Assembly: GCA_027623195.1 (NCBI GenBank)
Contig: JAQBUT010000006.1
Location: 1-64,000, forward strand
Source: Chloroflexota bacterium
GTDB taxonomy: Bacteria > Chloroflexota > Dehalococcoidia > Lucifugimonadales > JADFKI01
Direction of reading: 5' to 3'
Length of the DNA: 64,000 nt
A program made the position numbers and the translations under genes. Under the pieces are notes generated by a model. It was not told the origin of the DNA, did not search any database, and was given only the letters and a program-made list of their open reading frames with translations. Shown piece by piece: positions 1 to 10,123 of this stretch. The stretch's first letter is position 1. Each line of letters opens with the position of its first letter.

Positions 1-41
1 GCGTCAAGTATTACTTACATCAAGAGAGTACGACCTACCTT

Positions 42-452
42 ATGAAAAAATATATTGAGAAAAAACGAACTTTCAATAGCCCTATCAAAAGGGTCTGGGA
101 AGCGATTACGAGAGAAGAGGAAATAAGTAAATGGTTTATGCAAGCTAATTTTAAGGCTGAAAAAGGATACTCATATGAGTTCGAACATGAATCGATCATA
201 TGTCATGGAACTGTCCTTGAGGTAGATCCCCCTAACAAACTGGTATACACATGGATAAATCCTGGCACTACAGAAGAAACCACAGTTACATGGCTACTTG
301 AGGAAACAAACGGTGGTACTGAACTTACGCTAATTCATAGAGGTTACGAAAAATATTCTGACGATGATGCAGAGAAGTTCTTCAAAGAGAACGAGTTTGG
401 TTGGAATATGGTCATCCAGGGTCTGGACGAGTACCTTAATCTAAAGTCATAA
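42..452 (+). CDS. SRPBCC (Aha1/AHSA1-like) domain protein
   Basis: Motifs 'PIKRVWEAIT..EEISKWF', 'EVDPPNKLVYTW', 'GTELTLIH', 'GW..VIQGL'; paired with an ArsR regulator. Confidence 0.9.
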   Translation: MKKYIEKKRTFNSPIKRVWEAITREEEISKWFMQANFKAEKGYSYEFEHESIICHGTVLEVDPPNKLVYTWINPGTTEETTVTWLLEETNGGTELTLIHRGYEKYSDDDAEKFFKENEFGWNMVIQGLDEYLNLKS

Positions 453-454
453 AC

Positions 455-766
455 ATGATAGACAACATCTTTTCTGCCTTGGCTGATCCAAGTAGAAGGG
501 AGATTATCTCGATTCTATACCGTCGTGAGCAACTACCAGTCGGTGTTATCGCTAAACAATTTCCCCATCTTACAAGACAGGCTGTTAGTAAGCACATACA
601 ACAACTTGTAGATGCCGGGGTTGTGCAAAAATCAAGACGAGGAAGAAATACGTTTTGCGATTTAAATGAGGAATCTTTTCAAGAGATTGGTCGCTGGCTA
701 TACCAATATGATCGATTTTGGACTTCAAAATTAGACAATCTAAAACGCCATCTTGATGATGGCTAA
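455..766 (+). CDS. ArsR/SmtB family HTH transcriptional regulator
   Basis: 'IFSALADPSRREII', 'TRQAVSKHIQQL..AGVV', 'FWTSKLDNL', typical of SRPBCC-associated ArsR proteins. Confidence 0.92.
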   Translation: MIDNIFSALADPSRREIISILYRREQLPVGVIAKQFPHLTRQAVSKHIQQLVDAGVVQKSRRGRNTFCDLNEESFQEIGRWLYQYDRFWTSKLDNLKRHLDDG

Positions 767-784
767 GATATCCGAAGTTTCCTT

Positions 785-874
785 TGGCGGAGAGAGTGGG
801 ATTCGAACCCACGATGAGCATACACCCATACCGGTTTTCGAGACCGGCGCCTTCGTCCGCTCGGCCATCTCTCC
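785..874 (-). tRNA. tRNA-Ser (anticodon CGA), CCA encoded
   Basis: Reverse complement GGAGAGATGGCCGAGCGG...CCGGT-CTCGAAA-ACCGG...long variable arm...GGTTCGAATCCCACTCTCTCCGCCA; 90 nt. Confidence 0.97.
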
Positions 875-1029
875 AGCTTTCCAAATTACCTCAAAAATTA
901 TATCACAGCAGTATTCTTTGGATTTTATCTGATTTCCGATTACCTGTACCCTGATTTACCTTCCGGTGACCGACCCATAATCATCGATAATGTGATTCAT
1001 ATTGATTATCGCTCTAAGGCAGGTGAGGA

Positions 1030-1356
1030 ATGGTTGTTGAAGAAAATTATCTGGAGCACGTCAAGGATCTACTTTCGTCGATTGAGGGCGTGACGTACCG
1101 CGTCATGTTCGGCGGCTACGGCGTGTTTCACGAAGGCGATATGTTTGCCCTGATCTCAGGCGCAGACCCGATGCTTTATTTCAAGGTTGGCGACCTAAAT
1201 CGAGACGCCTTTAAGGCGGCGGGCGGCCAAAGGTTTGGCCTAATGTCGTATTATCAGGTGCCCGCTGACGTGCTGGAGGACTCTGAGAAGATGCGGGACT
1301 GGGCATCCGAGGCAATAGGGGTAGGTCACCTCACGTCGAAGAATCACAGGCGCTGA
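1030..1356 (+). CDS. TfoX/Sxy N-terminal domain protein
   Basis: 'RVMFGGYGVF..GDMFALI..LYFKV', 'MSYYQVP..VLED'; RBS AGGTGAGG. Confidence 0.9.
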   Translation: MVVEENYLEHVKDLLSSIEGVTYRVMFGGYGVFHEGDMFALISGADPMLYFKVGDLNRDAFKAAGGQRFGLMSYYQVPADVLEDSEKMRDWASEAIGVGHLTSKNHRR

Positions 1357-1387
1357 TATTCTGATAAGACCCTGACGGTTCCACGCC

Positions 1388-2191
1388 TCAAATTAATCTT
1401 GGCAGCACGAACTCTTCGATAGCCACGGCCAGGCCATCATCGTCCACCGACGGCGCGACGTAGTCGGCCAGCGCTTTTAGCTCGTCAGGGGCCTCTCCCA
1501 TGGCGATGCGCAGGCCGCAGACCTCTAGCATTGGCAGATCGTTGTAGCTGTCGCCTGCTCCGATCATGTTGGCAGGATCGATACCCAAGATACGTCCCAG
1601 CCATTTGGCGGCCGTCGCCTTGGTGACTCCTCTTGTGGTGAAGTCGATTGCCCATAGGCCGTTGTAAGGCAGGAACACCTTCACAACGTGCAGCTCCGGA
1701 TGAAGTCGGAAGTGGGCCAACAACTCCTCCGCAACGTCCTCCACCACGTCCAGCGCCGACACGCGGGTGAAGTTCCAGTGCGTAATTTGGCTGGCCTGAG
1801 TTACGGTGCCCCCGGGATGCGTCGCCCAAAAGGGCACCTTGCGGCTGATAAGCGTGGTAACGATATAGTGGGCCTGACGTTCGCCAAGGGGGGGCGCGCT
1901 CCATACCTCGTTTCCAGTTGTGGGGTCCAGAATCAGCGCGCCATTGTCGCAGACCTGCGGTGACGTAAGGCCCAACTCCCGTGCGAACCTGATGGCGTCC
2001 CTGGGCTCCCGGCCCGTGGCGATACACACCCTTATTTTTTCGGATAAACGACGAACGGTTTTTGCAACACGAGGGGCGATTTTTTCGTCACGCCCTATGA
2101 GCGTACCGTCGAGGTCGACCATGAAGGCCGCGAATTTCTTCTGATTCAAGTCCATCAACTCTTCAATGAATTCATTTAAAAGGGGGAACAC
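1388..2191 (-). CDS. Cof-type HAD-IIB hydrolase (start may be ATG at 2155)
   Basis: DLDGTL, ATGR, K, GDSYNDLPM motifs. Confidence 0.9.
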   Translation of the reverse strand: MFPLLNEFIEELMDLNQKKFAAFMVDLDGTLIGRDEKIAPRVAKTVRRLSEKIRVCIATGREPRDAIRFARELGLTSPQVCDNGALILDPTTGNEVWSAPPLGERQAHYIVTTLISRKVPFWATHPGGTVTQASQITHWNFTRVSALDVVEDVAEELLAHFRLHPELHVVKVFLPYNGLWAIDFTTRGVTKATAAKWLGRILGIDPANMIGAGDSYNDLPMLEVCGLRIAMGEAPDELKALADYVAPSVDDDGLAVAIEEFVLPRLI

Positions 2192-2938
2192 CTACCGCTG
2201 GTTTCCGCCTGTGACGCGAAGCTCCGTGCCGGAGACCCAACGCGCTGCCGGGCTTGCCAGGTAACGCACGGCCTCACCTATGTCGCGGGGTTCACCGAAT
2301 CCCAGGGGGTAGTCCTTGCGTCTCTCCATCATAGCCGCTGGAGTCCAGCCGAAGTCGCGGGAGATAATCAGGCTGGGCAGGACTGCGTTGACCCGAACGC
2401 CCTTGTCAGCCACGTGGGTTGAGAAGGCCTGCGTCAGACCGCGAACGCCCGCTTTGGTGGCGCTATAGGCAGGGGAAACCCCTTTGGCGCCTATCTCAGA
2501 CGCCCGAGAGCTTATGTTGATGATGCAACCCTGACCGGCCTCTATCATGGGCTTCAACGCCGCCCGGGGGCAGTAGAACACACCGCTCAGGTTCACGTCT
2601 ATGGTCCGCTGCCAATCGGCGTCCAGGAGGTCCCAGGCGTTGCCGGGGGGCTCGTCCAAGCCAGCGTTGTTCACCAAAATGTCCAGCCTCCCGAAATCGG
2701 CCAGAGCCATGCTCACAATGGCGTCGGCGTGGGCGGGATTGCTAGTATCCATGATTCGGCTGACGGCATTGCCACCGGCTGCCTTAATCTGCTCAAGGGT
2801 TGCGTCGGCTGACCGTAAGTCGCCAATGACAATGCTGGCTCCGGCCTCGGCCAGCACAACGGCGATGCCCCTGCCGATTCCCTGAGCCGCCCCAGTCACT
2901 ATGGCCACCTGACCATCCAGTCGGGTTGAGTCTGTCAT
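2192..2938 (-). CDS. SDR family oxidoreductase (FabG-like)
   Basis: TGAAQGIG, NNAG, YSATK. Confidence 0.93.
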   Translation of the reverse strand: MTDSTRLDGQVAIVTGAAQGIGRGIAVVLAEAGASIVIGDLRSADATLEQIKAAGGNAVSRIMDTSNPAHADAIVSMALADFGRLDILVNNAGLDEPPGNAWDLLDADWQRTIDVNLSGVFYCPRAALKPMIEAGQGCIINISSRASEIGAKGVSPAYSATKAGVRGLTQAFSTHVADKGVRVNAVLPSLIISRDFGWTPAAMMERRKDYPLGFGEPRDIGEAVRYLASPAARWVSGTELRVTGGNQR

Positions 2939-3103
2939 TACGAGTTCCTCAGTAGCTAGTAATTAGTAAGTAGTTTTTGGTAATTAGTTATGAGCAAGCG
3001 GAGTACCTGAGGGCGAGTGTATTTGCGGGCATCAGCTTCGTCAAGCCACGTCGGGCCGCATTCACCCGATACTGGCAGGTAATATGATGCGGGCCATATT
3101 GTC

Positions 3104-3553
3104 TTGGTCGGCGCTCTAGCAAACGGCGTGAAGAAAAACGGCTGGCGTGGATATCTTGGGCCATGCCGAGAAGTAATCCCACAGCCGACGTGCGACCTGA
3201 ATAACCTACGCATTAAACCAATGAGGTGCTGGAATGACAATCGCCTTGGGTGTACCTACAGGAATACCTCGCGCCTCCAGAGGGCTGCCATAAAGCGGGG
3301 CGGCACATACGGCCAGTGGCGCAAATTTAGGCGGGAGATTTTCAAGCGCGACAAGTGGACGTGCCAGTCCTGCGGCACCCGGCATTGGCCCAAGTTCCGA
3401 GGCATCCTGGAGGCGGACCACATCACTCCACTGGCAGACGGCGGCGCAGAATTCGATGAGGCAAACGTGCAGACCCTGTGCAAGCCATGTCATAGGGGTA
3501 AGACAACGGCGTGGCAGACAAAAATCAAAATTCAGGAGACGGAACAGGAATGA
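3104..3553 (+). CDS. HNH endonuclease of phage type (true start uncertain, possibly 3221)
   Basis: 'RDKWTCQSCG...EADHITPLADGGAEFDEANVQTLCKPCHRGKT'. Confidence 0.85.
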   Translation: MVGALANGVKKNGWRGYLGPCREVIPQPTCDLNNLRIKPMRCWNDNRLGCTYRNTSRLQRAAIKRGGTYGQWRKFRREIFKRDKWTCQSCGTRHWPKFRGILEADHITPLADGGAEFDEANVQTLCKPCHRGKTTAWQTKIKIQETEQE

Positions 3554-3750
3554 ATCCCTTGGAAGTTACTGATTGCAGCTTAAATCTCCCTTTGACGCCT
3601 TGGCATCCGTCAAGGGTCGACCTATACCGCTCCGCGTACTAGATCCTTTCAGAACTTTGGACTGAAATGTAAAAGAAGTGCGGAGTCTGGATTTGTATAA
3701 AAGAGCAGCCGCAGCCGGCACCTTTTAGAACTGTTTTGTGTGCTTACGTT

Positions 3751-3936
3751 TTAGACAGATTCAAACCTTGCCTTATTTTCAGCCATCCAGTTCTCCATGT
3801 CCTCTTTTGTCTTACTAGAGTCGCTCATTACATCAGCGTGGGCAGTGCCGTAATGAGGCTTAAGTGCTTCCATCCATGCTTCGAATGTTTCGCCCTCGGC
3901 GGTTACTTCGCATAAATCACATTTGAGAGTTTTCAT
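3751..3936 (-). CDS. Small metal-binding protein, DUF1059-like
   Basis: 'MKTLKCDLCEVTAEGETFE.WM..LKPHY..AH'; RBS-like AGGGAA upstream. Confidence 0.65.
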   Translation of the reverse strand: MKTLKCDLCEVTAEGETFEAWMEALKPHYGTAHADVMSDSSKTKEDMENWMAENKARFESV

Positions 3937-4182
3937 TCCACATTCCCTGTTAATTCTTACTTTGGGTTAATAATTAACGATAAGTTTGCCCGATATATCC
4001 TCTATGGAATCTAGTGCTTTCATAAACGCACGATACTGGCATTGCACAAATGCAAGACCACTCGCTGATATTGTGCATTGCCCAATAAGAGGCAAAAACA
4101 CTTGAGGCGAGGCCCTTCCAGACGCGCCGTGGTACTGCCTGGTACTAAAGCGCATTGACATAAATTCCTTGGGGGCGAGCCA

Positions 4183-4980
4183 CTAGAGTTGGCTCCTCAG
4201 GAATTTTCCTAGAACCTGATTGTAGCCGGGCGGGTTCTGGATGTTGCATATGTGCGCTGCCTTGGGGATAGCCGTATGCACGGCTCCCGGCACGGTGTCG
4301 GCCAGCCCCTGCATGACCTCAGAGGGGCCTCCACTGTGGTCGTCTGCGCCGCTAATGAACTGAGTAGGCACGCTGATGTTGTGCACACCCTCCGGCGTAA
4401 AGTCCAGGGACATAAACGCCGCCACGCAGCCGAAATAGCCGTTGGGGTCGGTGCGACGAATCTGCATGCGCACGGATTCCAGAACGTCCGCGTTGGCAGC
4501 CTTGAACTCGTCGGTGAACCAGCGTTGCACGGTGGGCTCGGTTACAGCCTCCATGCCGCCTGCCTTCACCGCAGCGACGAGGCCAGGCCATCTTGAGGCG
4601 AGGTCTGGAGTCATTACGGCGCGGCAGGCCGTGGGCACCAGGCTGAGCAGCCGGTCGGAATGCCTTATGCCGATACCAATGGAGGTGGAGCCGCCCAGTC
4701 CCAGGCCTACCAGGTGCGACTTCTGAACGTCCAGGGCGTCCCAGACACCCAGCACATCCCCTATGAGCATGTCGAAGGCGTAATCTCCCTCGGTGGCCTC
4801 GGAGCCTCCGTGACCGCGAGAGTCCAAACGCAGAATCCGAAAGTCCTTCTCCAGCCCCGGCACCTGGCCATCCCACATTGTAGTGTCGTTGGCTATACCG
4901 GTAATGAAGGTCACCCACGGCGCTCCGGTGCGTCCTTCGAGCTCATAGTTGATTCGCGTTCCATTGGATTCTACCTGCAT
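4183..4980 (-). CDS. Alpha/beta hydrolase, 3-oxoadipate enol-lactonase (PcaD)-like
   Basis: 'MWDGQVPGL..DFRILRLDSRGHGGS', 'RWFT', 'AAHICNIQNP'; nucleophile elbow reads GLGLGG. Confidence 0.85.
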   Translation of the reverse strand: MQVESNGTRINYELEGRTGAPWVTFITGIANDTTMWDGQVPGLEKDFRILRLDSRGHGGSEATEGDYAFDMLIGDVLGVWDALDVQKSHLVGLGLGGSTSIGIGIRHSDRLLSLVPTACRAVMTPDLASRWPGLVAAVKAGGMEAVTEPTVQRWFTDEFKAANADVLESVRMQIRRTDPNGYFGCVAAFMSLDFTPEGVHNISVPTQFISGADDHSGGPSEVMQGLADTVPGAVHTAIPKAAHICNIQNPPGYNQVLGKFLRSQL

Positions 4981-5359
4981 ACTGCCTCCCAGTTTTCTTG
5001 TGACTTAGCATGACATATTCATCAGGCTAAGAATTTTCCCGCAAGCATACCATTTTACGCTCTTGGGAGTGGTTACGCGACCAATAGGATACCCATCGTA
5101 CTAGCGTTTCTTTCCGTCATCCACCTGTTCGTTTAAGCGATTAAGTTGGCCAGAAACTGGCTCCCTGGCCCGATGGCAGGTCTCAAAACGCACCTCGACC
5201 CGGTCATGAAATTCACGAAACTCCGAGAAAAGTAATGCGTCGAACGCAATCCCGCTTCAATCCGGTTGCGTAGTATATCAACGTTCAAGAGGGCTTCACG
5301 CGGAGCAAATGCCCCGTTTCATTCGACTCGTTAGGTAGCCATCTATAGACTAGCCAGAT

Positions 5360-8300
5360 ATGGACTCAACGCAGCAAGTACCTTCTACTAATCCAGTCCC
5401 CGTATCCACAGAAATTTCCGCCTTAGGCCGGGTGATGGCGGCCGTCCGCGGCGAAGGCCTGTCTCTGATCGCCATTAGCGTAATCGTGGTGATGGCGGTG
5501 GCGCTGCGCTTCTACGGGCTGAACTGGGACGACGGCTTCCCATACACGCCACACCCGGACGAGCGGGCGATTCTCTTTCGCGTTGCCGACCTGGCCCCGC
5601 CGCCCTTAAACGATTTGGGCGTGCTCCTGAACGCCGACGAAAGCCCCTGGAACCCACGCTGGTTCCCCTACGGCAGCTTTCCACTTTACATGATGAAGGG
5701 CATCGAGTTGGTATCGGGCGTCTTCCCAGGCGACGGCATCACGGACCTGCGTGTGCCTGCCAGGGCCATGTCGGCGCTGGCCGACGTGGCAACCGTGATC
5801 GTCGTGTACCTGCTAGGCAGAGCAATCTACGATAGACGCACGGGACTGCTGGCTGCGGCCCTGGTATCGCTCTCCGTAATACACATCCAGCTAAGCCACT
5901 TCTTCGCAGTAGACACGCTCCTGGCTCTGTTCACCGTGGCATCGCTGTTCTTCATGGTTCGCGTGGCTAGGGATGGACGGCCGAGGGACTCGGTGTGGGC
6001 CGGGCTGCTACTGGGCGTTGGCATGGCGACCAAGGTTAGCCAGGCACCCATTTTCGCCGCCTTTCTCGTTGCCCATCTGATGTACCTCTTCTCGCTGGCC
6101 GGCAAAGACTCCGAGAAAACCTTTGAGCAACGTTTACCATTCGTAGTGAAGGCTTTAGTCTTGGGAATTGGCGTTTCGCTGGCGGTCTTCTTTATCGCCC
6201 AGCCATACGCCTTCCTGGACTTTTCACGCTTTTTCGAAGACGTTAGCGAGCAGTCGGAGATGGTACGCCGCATTAGGGACTACCCCTACACCAGGCAATA
6301 CGCAGACACGCTGTCATACATTTATCAGGCCCGACAGCTGGCGACCTGGGGCTTGGGCTGGCCACTAGGGATCGTGGCCTGGGCTGGACTACTTTTCGCG
6401 TCACTACGGGGCATGCCCAAGGGTATCGGGGCCGGCTATCTCCTCATTGGTTGGCTTGTTCCGGCCGCGCTGCTGATGTTATCCAACGGCTTCCTCGTCA
6501 TACTGGTGGCTTCCGCAATCGCCGTCGCAGCGCTACTGGCGACCCTGCCCATCCGCAAGGACGACACCCGCATCAACGTTTTGCTTCTTGCCTGGGTGGT
6601 GCCGTACTTTCTGATCACGGGCTCCCTGCAGGTCAAGTTCATGCGTTACCTGATACCGGTAGCCCCATTCCTGGTGCTGTTCGGGTCGCAGATGGTTTTT
6701 GCAGCCTGGGACCGAGTGGGGCTGTCGCGCAGGTCTTGGAGACCAGTGCTGGCAGTGGGGATGGCCTTGCTCGTTGGGACTACTGCCTTTTACGCCTTCG
6801 CTTACACCAGCGTCTACGGGCAGACGCACACGGCGGTCCGAGCGTCCGAGTGGTTGGTGACGCAATCGCCTACCAATTCGGATGTGCTGAAGGAGCATTG
6901 GGAAGAGTCGATCCCCAATTTACACGGCCACAGGATCAGCGAGCTCCCGCTGTACGATGACGACAGTCAGTCCAAATTCAGGAACGTGGCCAAAGACCTG
7001 GCCGATTCCGACTACCTTGTGATCTTCAGCAACCGGCTTTATGGCACGATTCCGCGCTTGCCGGAGCGTTACAACACTACGACTCCATATTATGAACTGC
7101 TTTTCACGGGACAGTTGGGTTACGAGCTTGCACACTTCGAGGCGACGTATCCTCAACTGCTGGGCGTTGGTTTCGTGGACGAGACCTTCACGCGACCCAA
7201 CCTGCCTACGCCTGCCGGTCTGGAAAACTACTCCCCATATCCCATCACGTTGAACCTGGGGCATGCCGACGAAAGCTTCACTGTATATGACCATCCCAAG
7301 GTTCTGATTTTTCAAAACGTAGAGAATCTGGACGAGTCAGCAATCCTGAGCAGAATTCAGGGAGCAGCCCAAACCGACAGGCATTTGCCTTCTACGGACA
7401 GGCCAGAAATTGGGCTTATGCTTTCACCAGAGGATGCGGCGGCACAGCAGGCAGGCGGCACATGGACGGAAATAGTTGACCTTGATGGCTGGACCAATCG
7501 CATGCCGGTATTGGGATGGCTTATCGCTCTTCAGGGCATCGCCCTGCTAACGGTCCCGCTGGGCTTTGTGGTATTCAGATCCTTGCCGGATCGCGGATAC
7601 TTGTTTTCGAAGATCATGGGCCTGATGCTGGTCGGGCTAATCGCGTGGCTGCTTTCAAGTTTCAAATGGATCGCCTTTTCCCAGGCGTCCATTGGGCTAG
7701 CCTTACTGCTGGTGGCTGCTATGTCTCTAGTCGTCCTGCGCCGGAACCGCGGGGAAATGCTGGACTTTTTTAAACGACGCTGGCCCGTATTGGCCGTGGG
7801 CGAGGCGGTATTCATGGCAGCGTTCCTTGCATTCGTCCTGGTGCGCATGGCCAACCCGGACCTCTGGCATCCATGGCGCGGTGGCGAAAAGCCAATGGAC
7901 CTGGCCTACCTAAACGCCGTGCTTCGCTCCAGCTACATGCCGCCATACGACCCCTGGTTCAGCGGCGGGTACATCAACTATTACTACTGGGGCCAGTTCC
8001 TCACTGCCACGCTGATCCGAATCACGTCCATTAACCCGACAATCGCCTTCAACCTGGCAGTGCCGACCTTCTTTGCGCTGACGGCGGCCGGGGCCTTGTC
8101 GCTGGTGTACAACCTGACAGAAGGCACCAGTCGAAGCCTGGCGTCTGGTCTCGTTGGGATTAAGGACCGGGGAATACACTGGTCGCCAGCCTTTGCCGGT
8201 GTTGGCGCTGCGTTGTTCGTGGCAGTGTTGGGAAACCTGGACGGGGCTATACAGGTCGGCCATGGCCTCAAGCGAATGTTGCTGTTGGGCGAGCCGTTCG

Positions 8301-9928
8301 GACAGTTCGACTTCTGGCGAAGCAGCCGCATGATGCCGCCTGATCCGCCAGGACATGAGATAACGGAGTTTCCGTTTTTCACTTTCCTGTTCGGAGACTT
8401 GCACGCCCACATGATGTCGATGCCATTCACGATCTTGTCGCTGGGCATCGGACTGGCCATCGTCATGGCAGCAACGAATCGCATCAAGCCTGGATTCCTA
8501 GACCCTGTGGGCTTGGGCCGACTTATCCTGCTTGGGGTGGCTGTCGGGTCGCTGCGGCTCATCAACGCCTGGGACTTCCCGACGTACCTGATTATTGCGG
8601 CAACAGCCATACTGCTCTCAGAGTTCTTCGTGCACGGCGGCTTCGCGCTGGTCATGCTGGCGCGGGCCGGTGTGAAGGCATTCTTTATGGCCGTTGCAGG
8701 CTACGTCTTCTTCCTGCCTTTCCACCAGACCTATGAGACGTTCTTCAACAGCGTAGAGTCCACCACCAACACGACGGTACTATGGCAGTTCCTGGCCATT
8801 AGCGGCCTGTTCATATTCATCATAGGCTCCTTCGTGATAAGCGACCTGCGCCACATATTGCTGAAAGGCCTGGGCCTCATCTGGCGTCGGTACAGGCGCA
8901 TTCGAGCGACCCTCGGAACCGGAACCGGCGAGACTACTGCGGCTCCAGCCGGGGCATGGGGGGCATTGGCAACGGTAATCGGCCTTACGCTGGTAGGCTT
9001 TGCCTTGACCGCCGCCTTCACTAGCAACACGCTGGGAAGCACGGTCCCGTTCGTGGCCGCGCTGCTGGCACTAGTGATTATTTCAGGCATCCGCAGGCTG
9101 CTTTCGGAGCAGGCCGACTCGCCGCAGCAGGTCTTCGTCGCGATCATCGTGAGCGTAGCGCTGCTGCTGGTACTGGGCCTGGACTTCGTGCGAGTGGAGT
9201 CTGACATCGACCGCATGAACAGCATATTTAAGTTCTACCTACAGGTGTGGGTGCTTCTGGCGTTGGCCTCGGCGTACCTGCTATGGCGACTGGGCCACGG
9301 GAAGAAGGTGTCATTACTGAGGCTTTCCATTCCCCAAAAAGCCTGGATGTTAATGCTGGTGGCGCTCGTAGTCAGCGCGTCCATTTACCCCGTATTGGGA
9401 ACTCAGGATCGCCTGCGGGACCGCTTTAACGACCGCGTAACGCCACTCACACTGGAGGGCGCAGCCTACATAGACGAGGCCGTTTACAGGGATGCCAAAG
9501 GTGATATCGATCTTGCGACGGACTACGAGGGCATTCAGTGGCTCAAAGACAATGTGCAAGGCTCGCCCATTGTGCTGGAGGGCGTTACCCCGACCTATCG
9601 ATGGGGCGGTCGCGTCTCTATCAACACAGGTCTGCCCACAGTGGTGGGTTGGCAATGGCACCAGGAACAGCAGCGCTGGGCATACCGCCAGGAGATCGGC
9701 AATCGAATCCGGGATGTGCAGACTATCTACGATACGCAGGACACCGAGGAGGCCAAGCTGTTGCTGAAGCGTTACGGAGTACAGTACGTTTACGTCGGCA
9801 AGCTGGAACAGCTATACTTTTCAGAGGATGGCCTTCGGAAGTTCGACGACGACATGAGCGACGACCTCACCAAGGTTTTCGAAAACGACGATGTGGCCAT
9901 TTACCGTGTTCTAAACAGTCACTTCTAA
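5360..9928 (+). CDS. Large membrane protein: PMT/GT39-like glycosyltransferase module fused to a DUF2298 (Chlor_Arch_YYY) module
   Basis: 'HPDER', 'QLSHFFAVD', 'GGEKPMD', 'INYYYWG', 'ITEFPFFTFLFGDLHAH', 'TGLPTVVGW.WH..QQR'. Confidence 0.9.
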   Translation: MDSTQQVPSTNPVPVSTEISALGRVMAAVRGEGLSLIAISVIVVMAVALRFYGLNWDDGFPYTPHPDERAILFRVADLAPPPLNDLGVLLNADESPWNPRWFPYGSFPLYMMKGIELVSGVFPGDGITDLRVPARAMSALADVATVIVVYLLGRAIYDRRTGLLAAALVSLSVIHIQLSHFFAVDTLLALFTVASLFFMVRVARDGRPRDSVWAGLLLGVGMATKVSQAPIFAAFLVAHLMYLFSLAGKDSEKTFEQRLPFVVKALVLGIGVSLAVFFIAQPYAFLDFSRFFEDVSEQSEMVRRIRDYPYTRQYADTLSYIYQARQLATWGLGWPLGIVAWAGLLFASLRGMPKGIGAGYLLIGWLVPAALLMLSNGFLVILVASAIAVAALLATLPIRKDDTRINVLLLAWVVPYFLITGSLQVKFMRYLIPVAPFLVLFGSQMVFAAWDRVGLSRRSWRPVLAVGMALLVGTTAFYAFAYTSVYGQTHTAVRASEWLVTQSPTNSDVLKEHWEESIPNLHGHRISELPLYDDDSQSKFRNVAKDLADSDYLVIFSNRLYGTIPRLPERYNTTTPYYELLFTGQLGYELAHFEATYPQLLGVGFVDETFTRPNLPTPAGLENYSPYPITLNLGHADESFTVYDHPKVLIFQNVENLDESAILSRIQGAAQTDRHLPSTDRPEIGLMLSPEDAAAQQAGGTWTEIVDLDGWTNRMPVLGWLIALQGIALLTVPLGFVVFRSLPDRGYLFSKIMGLMLVGLIAWLLSSFKWIAFSQASIGLALLLVAAMSLVVLRRNRGEMLDFFKRRWPVLAVGEAVFMAAFLAFVLVRMANPDLWHPWRGGEKPMDLAYLNAVLRSSYMPPYDPWFSGGYINYYYWGQFLTATLIRITSINPTIAFNLAVPTFFALTAAGALSLVYNLTEGTSRSLASGLVGIKDRGIHWSPAFAGVGAALFVAVLGNLDGAIQVGHGLKRMLLLGEPFGQFDFWRSSRMMPPDPPGHEITEFPFFTFLFGDLHAHMMSMPFTILSLGIGLAIVMAATNRIKPGFLDPVGLGRLILLGVAVGSLRLINAWDFPTYLIIAATAILLSEFFVHGGFALVMLARAGVKAFFMAVAGYVFFLPFHQTYETFFNSVESTTNTTVLWQFLAISGLFIFIIGSFVISDLRHILLKGLGLIWRRYRRIRATLGTGTGETTAAPAGAWGALATVIGLTLVGFALTAAFTSNTLGSTVPFVAALLALVIISGIRRLLSEQADSPQQVFVAIIVSVALLLVLGLDFVRVESDIDRMNSIFKFYLQVWVLLALASAYLLWRLGHGKKVSLLRLSIPQKAWMLMLVALVVSASIYPVLGTQDRLRDRFNDRVTPLTLEGAAYIDEAVYRDAKGDIDLATDYEGIQWLKDNVQGSPIVLEGVTPTYRWGGRVSINTGLPTVVGWQWHQEQQRWAYRQEIGNRIRDVQTIYDTQDTEEAKLLLKRYGVQYVYVGKLEQLYFSEDGLRKFDDDMSDDLTKVFENDDVAIYRVLNSHF

Positions 9929-9955
9929 AGCTGTGATGAGAGCGATTACAGAAAA

Positions 9956-10123
9956 ATGAACAGACCGACCTGGTTTAATGACCATCCCGACGCCTGCACC
10001 TGCGCCGCATGTCAGGCCGAGCGTGTAGTAACGAATAAAGTGCGCGGCGCGGGCAAGGTCGGACGCAACGCCCCTTGCCCATGCAACAGCGGCAAAAAAT
10101 ACAAACGCTGTCACGGCCGTTAG
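9956..10123 (+). CDS. 55-aa SEC-C metal-binding motif microprotein (not in ORF track)
   Basis: Hand translation [55 protein letters not shown]; canonical SEC-C motif. Confidence 0.85.
   Translation: MNRPTWFNDHPDACTCAACQAERVVTNKVRGAGKVGRNAPCPCNSGKKYKRCHGR

Noticed and set aside
585..884. 99-aa minus-strand ORF
   Set aside because: Shadow of tRNA-Ser and the ArsR gene
5101..5256. Stop-free minus-strand stretch of about 51 codons
   Set aside because: No canonical start or RBS and no recognisable motif
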